Assembly: GCA_018830525.1 (NCBI GenBank)
Contig: JAHJSH010000029.1
Coordinates: forward strand, 41,526 to 105,525
Length of the DNA: 64,000 bases
Reading direction: 5' to 3'
Origin: Nanobdellota archaeon
GTDB lineage: Archaea > Nanobdellota > Nanobdellia > Pacearchaeales > GW2011-AR1
Shown one piece after another: positions 42,412 through 51,255 of this stretch. The stretch's first letter is position 1, and each line of letters opens with the position of its first letter. Both the position numbers and the translations under genes were made by a program. The notes under the pieces were generated by a model. The model was not told where the DNA came from. It did no database searches and worked only from the letters and a program-made list of their open reading frames with translations.

Positions 42412-43203
42412 ATGGTTGGTTTTTCCGAAATCTTAAGCAAAGTTCCTGGAATAAGTTTTAATATTGGAACTAAAGTAACCAATATCCATATTACGAATTC
42501 TGGAGTTTTGGTTAATGGGAAGGATCAAGGTTCTATAGCAAGACAAGCAATTTTAGATAATATAAACTCTGGCAAAGATGATGATAGTTATCCTTGTGAT
42601 ATTCTCCATGAGGATCTACTTGGAGACTACAAATCTCTTGAGGAAATTATTAATAAAGAAAAAGACCTGCTAAAGATTCTAAAAAAAGTTTTGCCTGAAA
42701 ATCGTTTTGAAATGATTTTAATGGCAAGACGTGTTCATTTTGCAATAGAGAAGAATGAAGGAAGTCAAAAAATTATTGCTCTAGTGAGTAAACTTGACGG
42801 GGACTTCCCGAGAGATGGGAAAAAGGTTCTAAATTTATTCAGTGCTGACTACTTCAATAGCACAATCTTTCCTTTAATTGAATCATTCAAGGAACATGAT
42901 CCTGACAGTTATGTTGAAAAGTCTAATGACTTATTTGAATCGATCTTGAGATTTTTTCCAATTGCAATATTTGTCAACAATAATACTTCTGTTGGTAAGA
43001 TTTCTGAGGAATTGAGAAAGAGATTAGGGTTGAAAAAAATTCCTTTTATAAAAATCCATGCTATTGGACTAGATAATATTTCTAAAGTGGAAACGGCATT
43101 ATTAGATCTGAAAGATATACGCTTTAGTATCGAGGATAACCGATTCACGACTTCTCGAGGGATTGCTGCCCAGATGGTTAAAATAAAGTTTAACTATAAT
43201 TAA
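42412..43203 (+). CDS. hypothetical 263-aa protein, second gene of the insert
   Basis: ORF 3 nt after the previous stop; no family recognised. Confidence 0.45.
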   Translation: MVGFSEILSKVPGISFNIGTKVTNIHITNSGVLVNGKDQGSIARQAILDNINSGKDDDSYPCDILHEDLLGDYKSLEEIINKEKDLLKILKKVLPENRFEMILMARRVHFAIEKNEGSQKIIALVSKLDGDFPRDGKKVLNLFSADYFNSTIFPLIESFKEHDPDSYVEKSNDLFESILRFFPIAIFVNNNTSVGKISEELRKRLGLKKIPFIKIHAIGLDNISKVETALLDLKDIRFSIEDNRFTTSRGIAAQMVKIKFNYN

Positions 43204-43338
43204 AGATTTTTCGACATAACAATCTTTATAAAACAAATTTATCTTCATTAAATCATGATAAATAGTATAAGGGGACATTAGATTAAGATTGTTTAACGAT
43301 AGAATCGTTAATTATCAAAAATCTAAAGATTTTTTCTT

Positions 43339-44706
43339 ATGGGATTGCGAGAATTATTGCATAATTTGCCGGAGGTTCGAGGGCCGACGGAGAAGAAAGT
43401 TAGTTTCAATGTTAAGCTTAAATGGACTTTAGTGATTCTTGTTGCGTTTTTTGTTCTTGCTAATATTCCTTTATTTGGTATCGCAGGAGGTTCTCTTGAG
43501 AGATTTGAGTATTTGGCGATTCTGATGGGTACTTCGTTCGGTTCGATTATCTCGTTGGGTATCGGTCCAATCGTGATGGCTTCTATTATTCTGCAGTTAC
43601 TTAATGGTGCGCAGATTTTGAACATTGATACTAATACTGATGAGGGTAAAAAGTTTTTTCAGGGAATGCAGAAGCTATTGGCGTTTGCGTTTGTAATTTT
43701 TGAAGCAATGGTTTATGTTTTGATGAAAGGTATTCAGGCACAGCCGGGGTTTGTCGGGATGGTTATCTTACAGTTGTGTCTTGGTGGTTTCCTAATTATC
43801 TTTATGGATGAAGTTGTTCAGAAATGGGGATTCGGTAGTGGTGTTTCATTATTCATTGCAGGTGGTATCGGTTGGAGGTTATTTACTCAGCTATTCCAAT
43901 TCATCGGGACTACTGGAGCTTTTGAACCAGTGGGGAAAGTTTGGGCGTTGATCTATGCTGTAACTCAAGGGCTGGGGGTAGATGCAGCTTGGGCTATTTT
44001 CCCGATTCTTGTTACCGTCGCTTTATTCCTAGCAGTAGTATTTGCGCAGAGCTTGAAAGTTGAAATCCCGTTAGCATTTGATAGGGTTCGGGGTCATTCA
44101 GTTAAATGGCCATTACAGTTTTTCTATGCAGGAGTTATCCCAGTAATTTTGGTTTCGGCTTTGGCCGCGAACATACAGTTGTTTGCATCGCTTTTGCAAA
44201 ATTGGATGGGCCATGCAACTTTCCTTGGAGGGTTTGGTTCTACAGGTACTCCGATTTCGGGTTTAGCATATTGGATTAATTCTACTCCGTTATTGGAGAT
44301 GATTATTAAGGGAAGTTTCAGGTGGATTTATGCATTCCAGGCATTTTTCCATGTTCTATTTTATGTAGCGTTCTCAGTTTTATTTGCATTCTTTTGGGTT
44401 GGAACTTCTGGACAAGACGCTCGAAGTCAGGCTAAGAGGATTATGAGTTCAGGTATGAGTATGCCCGGGTTTAGAAAAGATGAAAGGGTTTTGGAATCGA
44501 TTTTGAAGAGATACGTTACTCCGCTGACAGTGATGGGTGGTGTGGCGATTGGTATTTTAGCTTCGGTAGCGAACCTTCTTGGAGCTTTAGTTGGTGGAAC
44601 TGCGATTCTTTTAGTAGTTATGATTCTTTATCAGTTATACCAGAACATTGCACAGCAACATGCGGTTGATATGAATCCTGCACTAAAAGGATTCTTTGGT
44701 GCTTAG
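43339..44706 (+). CDS. secY: preprotein translocase SecY
   Basis: 10-TM protein; LGIGPIVMASIILQLL; follows the r-protein cluster. Confidence 0.93.
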   Translation: MGLRELLHNLPEVRGPTEKKVSFNVKLKWTLVILVAFFVLANIPLFGIAGGSLERFEYLAILMGTSFGSIISLGIGPIVMASIILQLLNGAQILNIDTNTDEGKKFFQGMQKLLAFAFVIFEAMVYVLMKGIQAQPGFVGMVILQLCLGGFLIIFMDEVVQKWGFGSGVSLFIAGGIGWRLFTQLFQFIGTTGAFEPVGKVWALIYAVTQGLGVDAAWAIFPILVTVALFLAVVFAQSLKVEIPLAFDRVRGHSVKWPLQFFYAGVIPVILVSALAANIQLFASLLQNWMGHATFLGGFGSTGTPISGLAYWINSTPLLEMIIKGSFRWIYAFQAFFHVLFYVAFSVLFAFFWVGTSGQDARSQAKRIMSSGMSMPGFRKDERVLESILKRYVTPLTVMGGVAIGILASVANLLGALVGGTAILLVVMILYQLYQNIAQQHAVDMNPALKGFFGA

Positions 44707-44736
44707 ATTTAAATAGGTGTTTTATGAAATATTAAT

Positions 44737-45135
44737 ATGACGATAACAGAGATGATGATTGCGAATCCTATTCCGGCTTTGATTGTAGTCTCGGTGTTGG
44801 TAACTTTTGTTTCTACTCTAGCACATAAGTGGTTGACGAACCAGGAACATATGAAGAGTCTTAAGAAGAGGCAGAAAGAAATTCAGAAAGAGCTTAAAGG
44901 TTGTAAGGATGAATGTTTGATGAAGGAATTGAATTCGGAAATGCTTAAGCTTACGGGCGTAATGATGAAGTCTTCATTTAAACCAATGTTTGTGACAATT
45001 ATCCCCTTCCTTCTTTTATTCTGGTGGCTTAGGGGAATTTATACTCCGATTATGGGTGGGAGCTGGATTTGGTATTATTTGGGATTTAGTATTGTTTCTT
45101 CAATAATTCTTAGAAAGGTTATGGATGTTAGCTAA
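44737..45135 (+). CDS. DUF106 / archaeal Oxa1-YidC-like membrane insertase
   Basis: TM, basic coiled coil, two TM; conserved position after secY in archaea. Confidence 0.6.
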   Translation: MTITEMMIANPIPALIVVSVLVTFVSTLAHKWLTNQEHMKSLKKRQKEIQKELKGCKDECLMKELNSEMLKLTGVMMKSSFKPMFVTIIPFLLLFWWLRGIYTPIMGGSWIWYYLGFSIVSSIILRKVMDVS

Positions 45136-45137
45136 TC

Positions 45138-45404
45138 ATGAAAGTCGAAAAGAAAATCTGGCCGCAATATTTTCAAAATATTATTGATGGTAAAAAGAAA
45201 TTTGAGTTGCGGCTGGCGGATTGGAAATGTAATGAGGGAGATATCTTGGTTCTAAAAGAATGGGATCCTGAAACGAAAGGATATACTGGGCGAGTTGTCG
45301 AGAAAAAAGTGGGTTATGTTCTTAAAACAAACGATATTAATTTTTGGCCGAAGGAAGATGTTGAAAAATATGGTTATCAGATTATTTCTTTAATTTCTCT
45401 TTAG
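45138..45404 (+). CDS. ASCH/DUF3850-like small protein
   Basis: WPQYFQNIIDGKKKFELRL ... GDILVLKEW. Confidence 0.5.
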   Translation: MKVEKKIWPQYFQNIIDGKKKFELRLADWKCNEGDILVLKEWDPETKGYTGRVVEKKVGYVLKTNDINFWPKEDVEKYGYQIISLISL

Positions 45405-46206
45405 CTTTTTTTACAAATTGTCTTGGAGTTAGAATTCCAAACTCAGAGACTATTCCTGTCACATCTTTCATATTTGTTTTATCAAATGCAGGGTTGAGGA
45501 CTTTTATTTTATCATCACGTCTATCCCAAACTTCCCATGAGGGACGTTTTTCAATTTTTACTTTATTCGTGAATTTTCCTGAAACCCCGCAAGAGTAAGT
45601 TGGAACTCGGTGGTTTTTTGCCATACGATTTAGGGTGCTTGTTCCTATTTTATTCGCCACGATATTTTTGGTAAATGCATCTGCTCCGAATAAAAAAAGG
45701 TCACACTTTGATATGGATTCTTCTGCCGCAAGGTCTGGCGCTATGAAAACTTTTATCTTTGCTTTTGCTAAATCGTTGGCAGTCGTACGTCCTTGGAGCA
45801 AGGGTTCGACTTCGGAGGTATAAACTACAAAATCTTTTTTTCTTTTTTTCTTTGCATATTTTAGAATATCAATTACCGTTGAGGAATGGCAGTGGGTGTA
45901 AATGTTCATGTCGTTCTTGATGAGCATAGCACCTTTTTTTACAGTTATCTCGTGAGATTTCTTTAAGTCATCTAGAAACTTTTTTGCAGCAGTTTCGGGA
46001 GTTTTTGATTTTAGTAATATTTTTATTGCGTTTTGCATTAAGGGTTCGGTCGGACGCGTTGCTAGGATTTTTTTTGCGGAGGATTTTTTCGGATCTAAGA
46101 GGAATGCCTTTATCCCTGCCTTCGCCACATTTTCCGCGCCTTGAATCTTCACTGATTTTATATCCTCCAAGAGACTTTTGAATCTTGTGCTCACCTTTTT
46201 TTCCAT
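45382..46206 (-). CDS. eIF-2B alpha/beta/delta-like isomerase (candidate ribose-1,5-bisphosphate isomerase)
   Basis: IQGAENVAKAG ... THCHSSTV ... GADAF family motifs; ATG 46206 preferred. Confidence 0.6.
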   Translation of the reverse strand: MEKKVSTRFKSLLEDIKSVKIQGAENVAKAGIKAFLLDPKKSSAKKILATRPTEPLMQNAIKILLKSKTPETAAKKFLDDLKKSHEITVKKGAMLIKNDMNIYTHCHSSTVIDILKYAKKKRKKDFVVYTSEVEPLLQGRTTANDLAKAKIKVFIAPDLAAEESISKCDLFLFGADAFTKNIVANKIGTSTLNRMAKNHRVPTYSCGVSGKFTNKVKIEKRPSWEVWDRRDDKIKVLNPAFDKTNMKDVTGIVSEFGILTPRQFVKKAKEKLKK

Positions 46207-46333
46207 GATAGTCTTAGTAGATATAAGTATAAAAGTTTGCCGAATACTATATAAATGAGAGATTGTTTTTAGGGGGAGGTGATAAAATGAAAGTAAACAA
46301 TAAGTTTTCATTCATCGCTCAGGAGACTTCGCG

Positions 46334-47188
46334 ATGATTGAGATGTTGATAAAACCAAAGCGGGCTGAAAGGCGGCCTTGGGAAATGTTTTTTGTGGGGT
46401 TGTTCTATGCTTCGGTTTCCTTACTTCTAGTAACATTCGTTTTTGGTAAAGATTCTATCTTGAAGGAAGGTTCGGGACTTTTAGTGGTTATCTTTACTGT
46501 TATCGCATGTTTGCCTTTTATGTATTATATTATTAAGTTAGAAGAGGGTAAGGATGTGCAGATTAATGATTCAGGGAGATTAATTAAAGAGCATTCTAAA
46601 GCAATTCATGCATTGGTGTGGCTGTTCTTAGGATTTGTCGTTGCATTTTCTTTTTGGTATTTAGTGTTGCCAGGGTCTGCAGGACAAAATTTTAATTTTC
46701 AAATAAAAACTTTCTGTGCGATTAATAGTCCCTCGAGTTATGGGAATTGTATTGAACAGCATGGAATCCCTGTCGGAACTGGGGCGGCGACTAGTGGGGA
46801 TTTCTTTTTACGAATATTTTCTAATAATGTCTATGTCTTGATATTTACGATTTTATTTTCGTTAGCGTTGGGGGCAGGGGCGATTTTTATCCTGGTTTGG
46901 AATGCTTCAGTAATTGCGGCAGCCATAGGAATCTTTGCAAAGGGAGAATTGTCGGGACTGGGGACTGGACTAATGAGATATATGATTCATGGAATCCCGG
47001 AGATTAGCGCGTATTTTGTCGGGGCATTGGCTGGGGGAATAGTTTCGGTAGCGATTATTAGAAGAGATCTTCATGGGGAAGGAACTTGGAAAATTTTGCA
47101 GGATTCTTTGATAATGGTAATTATTGCGATAGTCATTCTAATTATTGCAGCATTAATGGAAGTTTATTTGACTCCCCTTCTTTTTTAG
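46334..47188 (+). CDS. SpoIIM/DUF95-like membrane protein
   Basis: Polytopic; HGIPEISAYFVGALAGG motif. Confidence 0.55.
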   Translation: MIEMLIKPKRAERRPWEMFFVGLFYASVSLLLVTFVFGKDSILKEGSGLLVVIFTVIACLPFMYYIIKLEEGKDVQINDSGRLIKEHSKAIHALVWLFLGFVVAFSFWYLVLPGSAGQNFNFQIKTFCAINSPSSYGNCIEQHGIPVGTGAATSGDFFLRIFSNNVYVLIFTILFSLALGAGAIFILVWNASVIAAAIGIFAKGELSGLGTGLMRYMIHGIPEISAYFVGALAGGIVSVAIIRRDLHGEGTWKILQDSLIMVIIAIVILIIAALMEVYLTPLLF

Positions 47189-47323
47189 TTGCTGCGAATT
47201 TAGAGAGTGATAAATTATGCAATGGCAAAGCCCTTGCGGATCACCCAGTAGGTGATCTGGTGATCAAAAAATCTAAAGATTTTTGCTAATGGAAGTTTAT
47301 TTGACTCCTATTCTATTTTAGTT
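47154..47323 (+). repeat. 37-bp imperfect direct repeat of the gene tail flanking a long family-1 cassette
   Basis: TAATGGAAGTTTATTTGACTCC... at 47154 and 47287 (34/37 identical by my count); long family-1 cassette at 47211-47292. Confidence 0.8.
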
Positions 47324-47391
47324 AGTCTTGTGGCAGAGCCACGCGGGAAAAAAGTAGATATCTTTTTAAGGAGTAATTTATAAGATAAATC

Positions 47392-48378
47392 ATGATTGAG
47401 TTGCTATTAATCTCAATATTTGTAAGTTTTTTATTGACAGTATTAGTCTTACCTAAATGGATTCAGAAGTGTAAGAAAATTGGTCTGGTTTGGGAAGATA
47501 TGAATAAGTTCGGTCATCCGAAAAATGTGGCTTCTTCAGGAGGAGTAATGGTCGTTCTTGCATTTGTCCTCGGAGTGTTATCTTACATTGCATTAAAGAC
47601 TTTTGTCTTTGGGGGAACTGTTCGAGCGTTAGAGATTTTTGCTTTGCTTAGTGTTATACTTATATTAGGAATTGTTGGGCTTACAGATGATTTATTGGGA
47701 TGGAAGCATCAGGGTTTGTCAATTAAAATGAGGCTCCTTCTTGCATTTATGGCATCTATCCCTTTGGTAGTTATTAACGCAGGTACTCAGACTGTAGCGG
47801 TTCCTTTTATTGGGATGATTAATTTTGGAATTGTTTATCCTCTTGTTTTAATTCCGTTAGGAATCGCTGGAGCGACCACGACTTATAATTTTTTGGCAGG
47901 ATATAATGGATTGGAAGCGGGGCAAGGAATCTTGATCGTTGGTTTCTTATCTTATGTGGCTTATGTGACCGGGTCCCCATGGCTTGCGATAATTGGGCTT
48001 TGTATGGTCGCGGCATTGTTCGGGTTTTATATTTTTAATAAATTTCCGGCAAAAGTTTTCCCAGGAGATACTTTAACTTATGCGGTTGGGGCGCTCATTG
48101 CTGGAATGGCTATCTTAGGAAATTTTGAAAAAGTTGCAGTTATCGTTTTTATTCCTTATATTATCGAAGTTATTTTGAAATCTCGTGGAGGGTTAAAGAA
48201 ACACTCGTTTGGGATTCCGGATAAAAAGGGGAATTTGAAATTGCCTTATGATAAGGTCTATGGTCTTGAACATTTAGCAATTAAAATTCTAGGAAAGGGT
48301 GCTACTGAGAGAAAGGTCGTTTATCTGATTCATGCATTCCAGATAGTGTTTATTTTAATCGCATTTTTGATGCTTTGA
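47392..48378 (+). CDS. aglH: UDP-GlcNAc:dolichyl-phosphate GlcNAc-1-P transferase (AglH/MraY family)
   Basis: Polytopic; DDLLGW ... NFLAGYNGLEAGQG ... FPGDT. Confidence 0.8.
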   Translation: MIELLLISIFVSFLLTVLVLPKWIQKCKKIGLVWEDMNKFGHPKNVASSGGVMVVLAFVLGVLSYIALKTFVFGGTVRALEIFALLSVILILGIVGLTDDLLGWKHQGLSIKMRLLLAFMASIPLVVINAGTQTVAVPFIGMINFGIVYPLVLIPLGIAGATTTYNFLAGYNGLEAGQGILIVGFLSYVAYVTGSPWLAIIGLCMVAALFGFYIFNKFPAKVFPGDTLTYAVGALIAGMAILGNFEKVAVIVFIPYIIEVILKSRGGLKKHSFGIPDKKGNLKLPYDKVYGLEHLAIKILGKGATERKVVYLIHAFQIVFILIAFLML

Positions 48379-48412
48379 GAATGTTTTTAAATGGATGATA
48401 ATATAAGTTTTC

Positions 48413-51169
48413 ATGGATGTTGCAGTTTACTTTATACTAGCAATTATAGCAGGGATAATTTATGCTATTATGCTCAAGAGAGAATTGGAAGGACAAAAAA
48501 AGCTTTCTTTAAAGGATTTTTTTATTACTACTCCTAAGATTTTCAAGGATAAGCGAGTTCAATGGGCTTTTGTAGGAATAATCCTTTTGTTTGTTTTATT
48601 TACAACTTCATCTATCCGACTTTCTAATTGGGATTTGTTGACTGATCAAACGACTGGTGAAAAAATTCCATTGGCGTTGGACCCATTTTATTTTTTAAGG
48701 TTATCGGAAACTATTGTTGAGCAAGGAAGTTTACCTGAAGTTGATGTTATGAGGTATCCTTCAGCAAATGCAACATTTAGTCCAGAAATTATGCCTCAGG
48801 TTGTTGTCTGGATGTATCGGGCAGGAAACATTTTTGGAGATTATACTCTTCGAGAGGTTAATGTTTTTTCTCCGGTCGCATTTTATTTTGTTGGTTTGAT
48901 AATTTTCTTCTTTTTGATTTATGTTTTGACAAATTCAAAGACTATTGCAACTCTTAGTAGTATATTTTTAGCTTATGCTCCTGCATATCTGTATAGAACA
49001 ATGGCAGGGTTTTCGGATCATGAAGCTATTGGTATGGTAGCTCTTTTTTCAGCAATGTTAGTTTTTAGTTTGTCATTAAAGTGGATAAACAAGCATAAAG
49101 GTCTCTTGGGAGCCGGGCTTTTTGGATTAGGTTCCGCGTTCTTGTCTACCCTAACAATTGCTAGTTGGGGAGGAGTTGCTAAATTATTATTTATGATGTT
49201 CTCTCTAGGTTTTTTAACTTTTTGGTTATTGAGGGTTAGGGAAAATAAAGAATTTGTTAAACGTGGACTTTTGTTTTATTCCACTTGGGTAGTTTTTAGT
49301 TTTCTCTTTGGACCAATATTAGGATATGGTGTTAAGTATATTATTGAGGTATATATGTTATCCTCTGCCGGTTTAATTAGTTTGTTTGTACTCGGGTTTA
49401 TATTTATTGATTCGGGTTTCCTTCTTTGGGGAGATAGAATCTCTTTCATTAAAAAGAAATATCGTGCAGCCTATAGTTTCGCAGGGATATTTGCATTGGG
49501 AGTTGTTGGGCTTACAATATTGGGAAGGAGTATTACATCAGTTCTTGCAGAAGTTTGGTTAAGTATTTTCCATCCGTGGGGGGTCGGAAGGGTTGGACTT
49601 ACGGTTGCTGAAAATGCTCAACCATATCTTTTAGATTGGATTAGCCAGAGTGGAAAAGTTATTTTTTGGATGGCATTTATAGGAATGTTATTGATTGGAT
49701 TTGAGTTTGCAAGAAGAGTAGAAAATAAAAAACTAAAAGTTCTTGGAGTTTTCTTTTGGATAGTGATGGTTTGCAGTTCCTTGTTTAGCCGAATCTCTGT
49801 GGCTTCAATTATGAATGGGACTAATTTCATCAGTCAAGTAGTATATGCTGGAGGGTTATTAATTTCCTTAGGATTTTTTGTCTGGGCTTATTTTAATGGA
49901 AAGCCAAATAGTTCAACTAGACCTGAAATTATTTTTATAGCTGCCTGGGCATTTGTTGTATTACTTTCTGGGCGTGCAGCGCAAAGAATATTTTTTGCAA
50001 TCGCCCCGTTTATGTGTTTTATGGCTGCATATTTTATAGTAAAATTATTTAATTATTATCGAGAAAATAAGGAAGAAATCCTTAAAATTGTATTAGTTAT
50101 TGCAATCATAGTCTCTATATTTTTAGCTGCAAGAAGTGTCTATGATTCTAATGAGGGTATAAAAATACAAGCTTCACAACAAGGTCCTTCAGCACATTAT
50201 CAATGGCAGGCAGCGATGGGGTGGGTTAGAGAAAATACTGGCGAGGAGTCTATATTTATGCATTGGTGGGATTATGGTTACTGGGTAGAGTATCTTGGAG
50301 AACGTAGGACCCTTACTGATGGGGGACATGTGGTTACTCATTGGGACCATTTTATTGGAAGGTATGTCTTAACGACCCCTTACCCAGAGACTGCTTATAG
50401 TTTCATGAAAACTCATAATGTTTCTTATTTATTGATTGACCCCACAGATTTAGGAAAATATGGGGCATATAGTCGGATTGGAAGCGGAGACGATGGGACT
50501 GATAGATATGATGCAATTCCAGTGATTCCATTAGATCCGCGTCAGACAGTAGAATCTGCCGATAAAATTACAATGGTTTATTCTGGAGGAATGGTCCTTT
50601 TTGAAGATATTGAATATGTTACAGATACCGGTACTATCTTTTTGCCTGCGGGGAAAGCAGGTCTCGGAGGGATTATATGGAGTCTTAATAATGAAAATAA
50701 CACAACTAATATTAACCAACCAATAGGGGTTTATTTCTATAATAATCAAAGATATGATATTCCTATTAGGTATGGGCATACGGCGGGAGGACTTATTGAT
50801 TTTGGGGGCGGTCTTGATGCAGTCATTAAAATAATCCCCTCCTTTGATGGCAGGAGTATTAATCAATGGGGGGCGGCTATTTATCTTTCTCCAAAAGTCT
50901 CTAAGGGATTATTCGCTCAACTATATTTATTGGATGATGCTTTTGGAAACTATGGTGATATGAAAATCGCGCATAAACAAGATGATGGTTTGGTTGCGAG
51001 TATTAAGAGTCAGGGTGGCGCAGTGGGAGACTTTATTTATTATGGAGGTTTCCGAGGTCCAATAAAAATCTGGGAAATTAGTTATCCTGAAGGGACCCTT
51101 GCGAGAGAAGAATTTTTTAGGACTTCAGGGGCTTGGGCAGAATTTGATGATTTGGAGTTTGTAGCTTAA
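48413..51169 (+). CDS. aglB: oligosaccharyltransferase AglB (STT3)
   Basis: 13-TM N-terminal domain and WWDYGYW motif. Confidence 0.9.
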   Translation: MDVAVYFILAIIAGIIYAIMLKRELEGQKKLSLKDFFITTPKIFKDKRVQWAFVGIILLFVLFTTSSIRLSNWDLLTDQTTGEKIPLALDPFYFLRLSETIVEQGSLPEVDVMRYPSANATFSPEIMPQVVVWMYRAGNIFGDYTLREVNVFSPVAFYFVGLIIFFFLIYVLTNSKTIATLSSIFLAYAPAYLYRTMAGFSDHEAIGMVALFSAMLVFSLSLKWINKHKGLLGAGLFGLGSAFLSTLTIASWGGVAKLLFMMFSLGFLTFWLLRVRENKEFVKRGLLFYSTWVVFSFLFGPILGYGVKYIIEVYMLSSAGLISLFVLGFIFIDSGFLLWGDRISFIKKKYRAAYSFAGIFALGVVGLTILGRSITSVLAEVWLSIFHPWGVGRVGLTVAENAQPYLLDWISQSGKVIFWMAFIGMLLIGFEFARRVENKKLKVLGVFFWIVMVCSSLFSRISVASIMNGTNFISQVVYAGGLLISLGFFVWAYFNGKPNSSTRPEIIFIAAWAFVVLLSGRAAQRIFFAIAPFMCFMAAYFIVKLFNYYRENKEEILKIVLVIAIIVSIFLAARSVYDSNEGIKIQASQQGPSAHYQWQAAMGWVRENTGEESIFMHWWDYGYWVEYLGERRTLTDGGHVVTHWDHFIGRYVLTTPYPETAYSFMKTHNVSYLLIDPTDLGKYGAYSRIGSGDDGTDRYDAIPVIPLDPRQTVESADKITMVYSGGMVLFEDIEYVTDTGTIFLPAGKAGLGGIIWSLNNENNTTNINQPIGVYFYNNQRYDIPIRYGHTAGGLIDFGGGLDAVIKIIPSFDGRSINQWGAAIYLSPKVSKGLFAQLYLLDDAFGNYGDMKIAHKQDDGLVASIKSQGGAVGDFIYYGGFRGPIKIWEISYPEGTLAREEFFRTSGAWAEFDDLEFVA

Positions 51170-51194
51170 TGGTATATAAATTTAGGGCATTAGA

Positions 51195-51255
51195 TTTTAG
51201 ATTATGCAATGGCAAAGCCCTTGCGGATCAAAAAATTGAAGTTTTTTGCTAATGG
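51195..51255 (+). promoter_or_regulatory. family-1 leader cassette
   Basis: TTTTAGATTATGCAATGGCAAAGCCCTTGCGGATCAAAAAATTGAAGTTTTTTGCTAATGG. Confidence 0.7.

Noticed and set aside
47086-47289. 67-aa ORF spanning the end of the SpoIIM-like gene and the leader cassette
   Set aside because: It is an out-of-frame read-through of repeat DNA with no coding features.
14782-51251. TTG/GTG-extended N-termini proposed by the ORF track (14782, 19743, 20731, 29092, 30880, 32634, 33363, 36771, 39755, 41576, 51246 and others)
   Set aside because: The internal ATGs match conserved protein N-termini. They are preceded by GGAGG-type SD or TATA spacing, and they abut the upstream stop codon.
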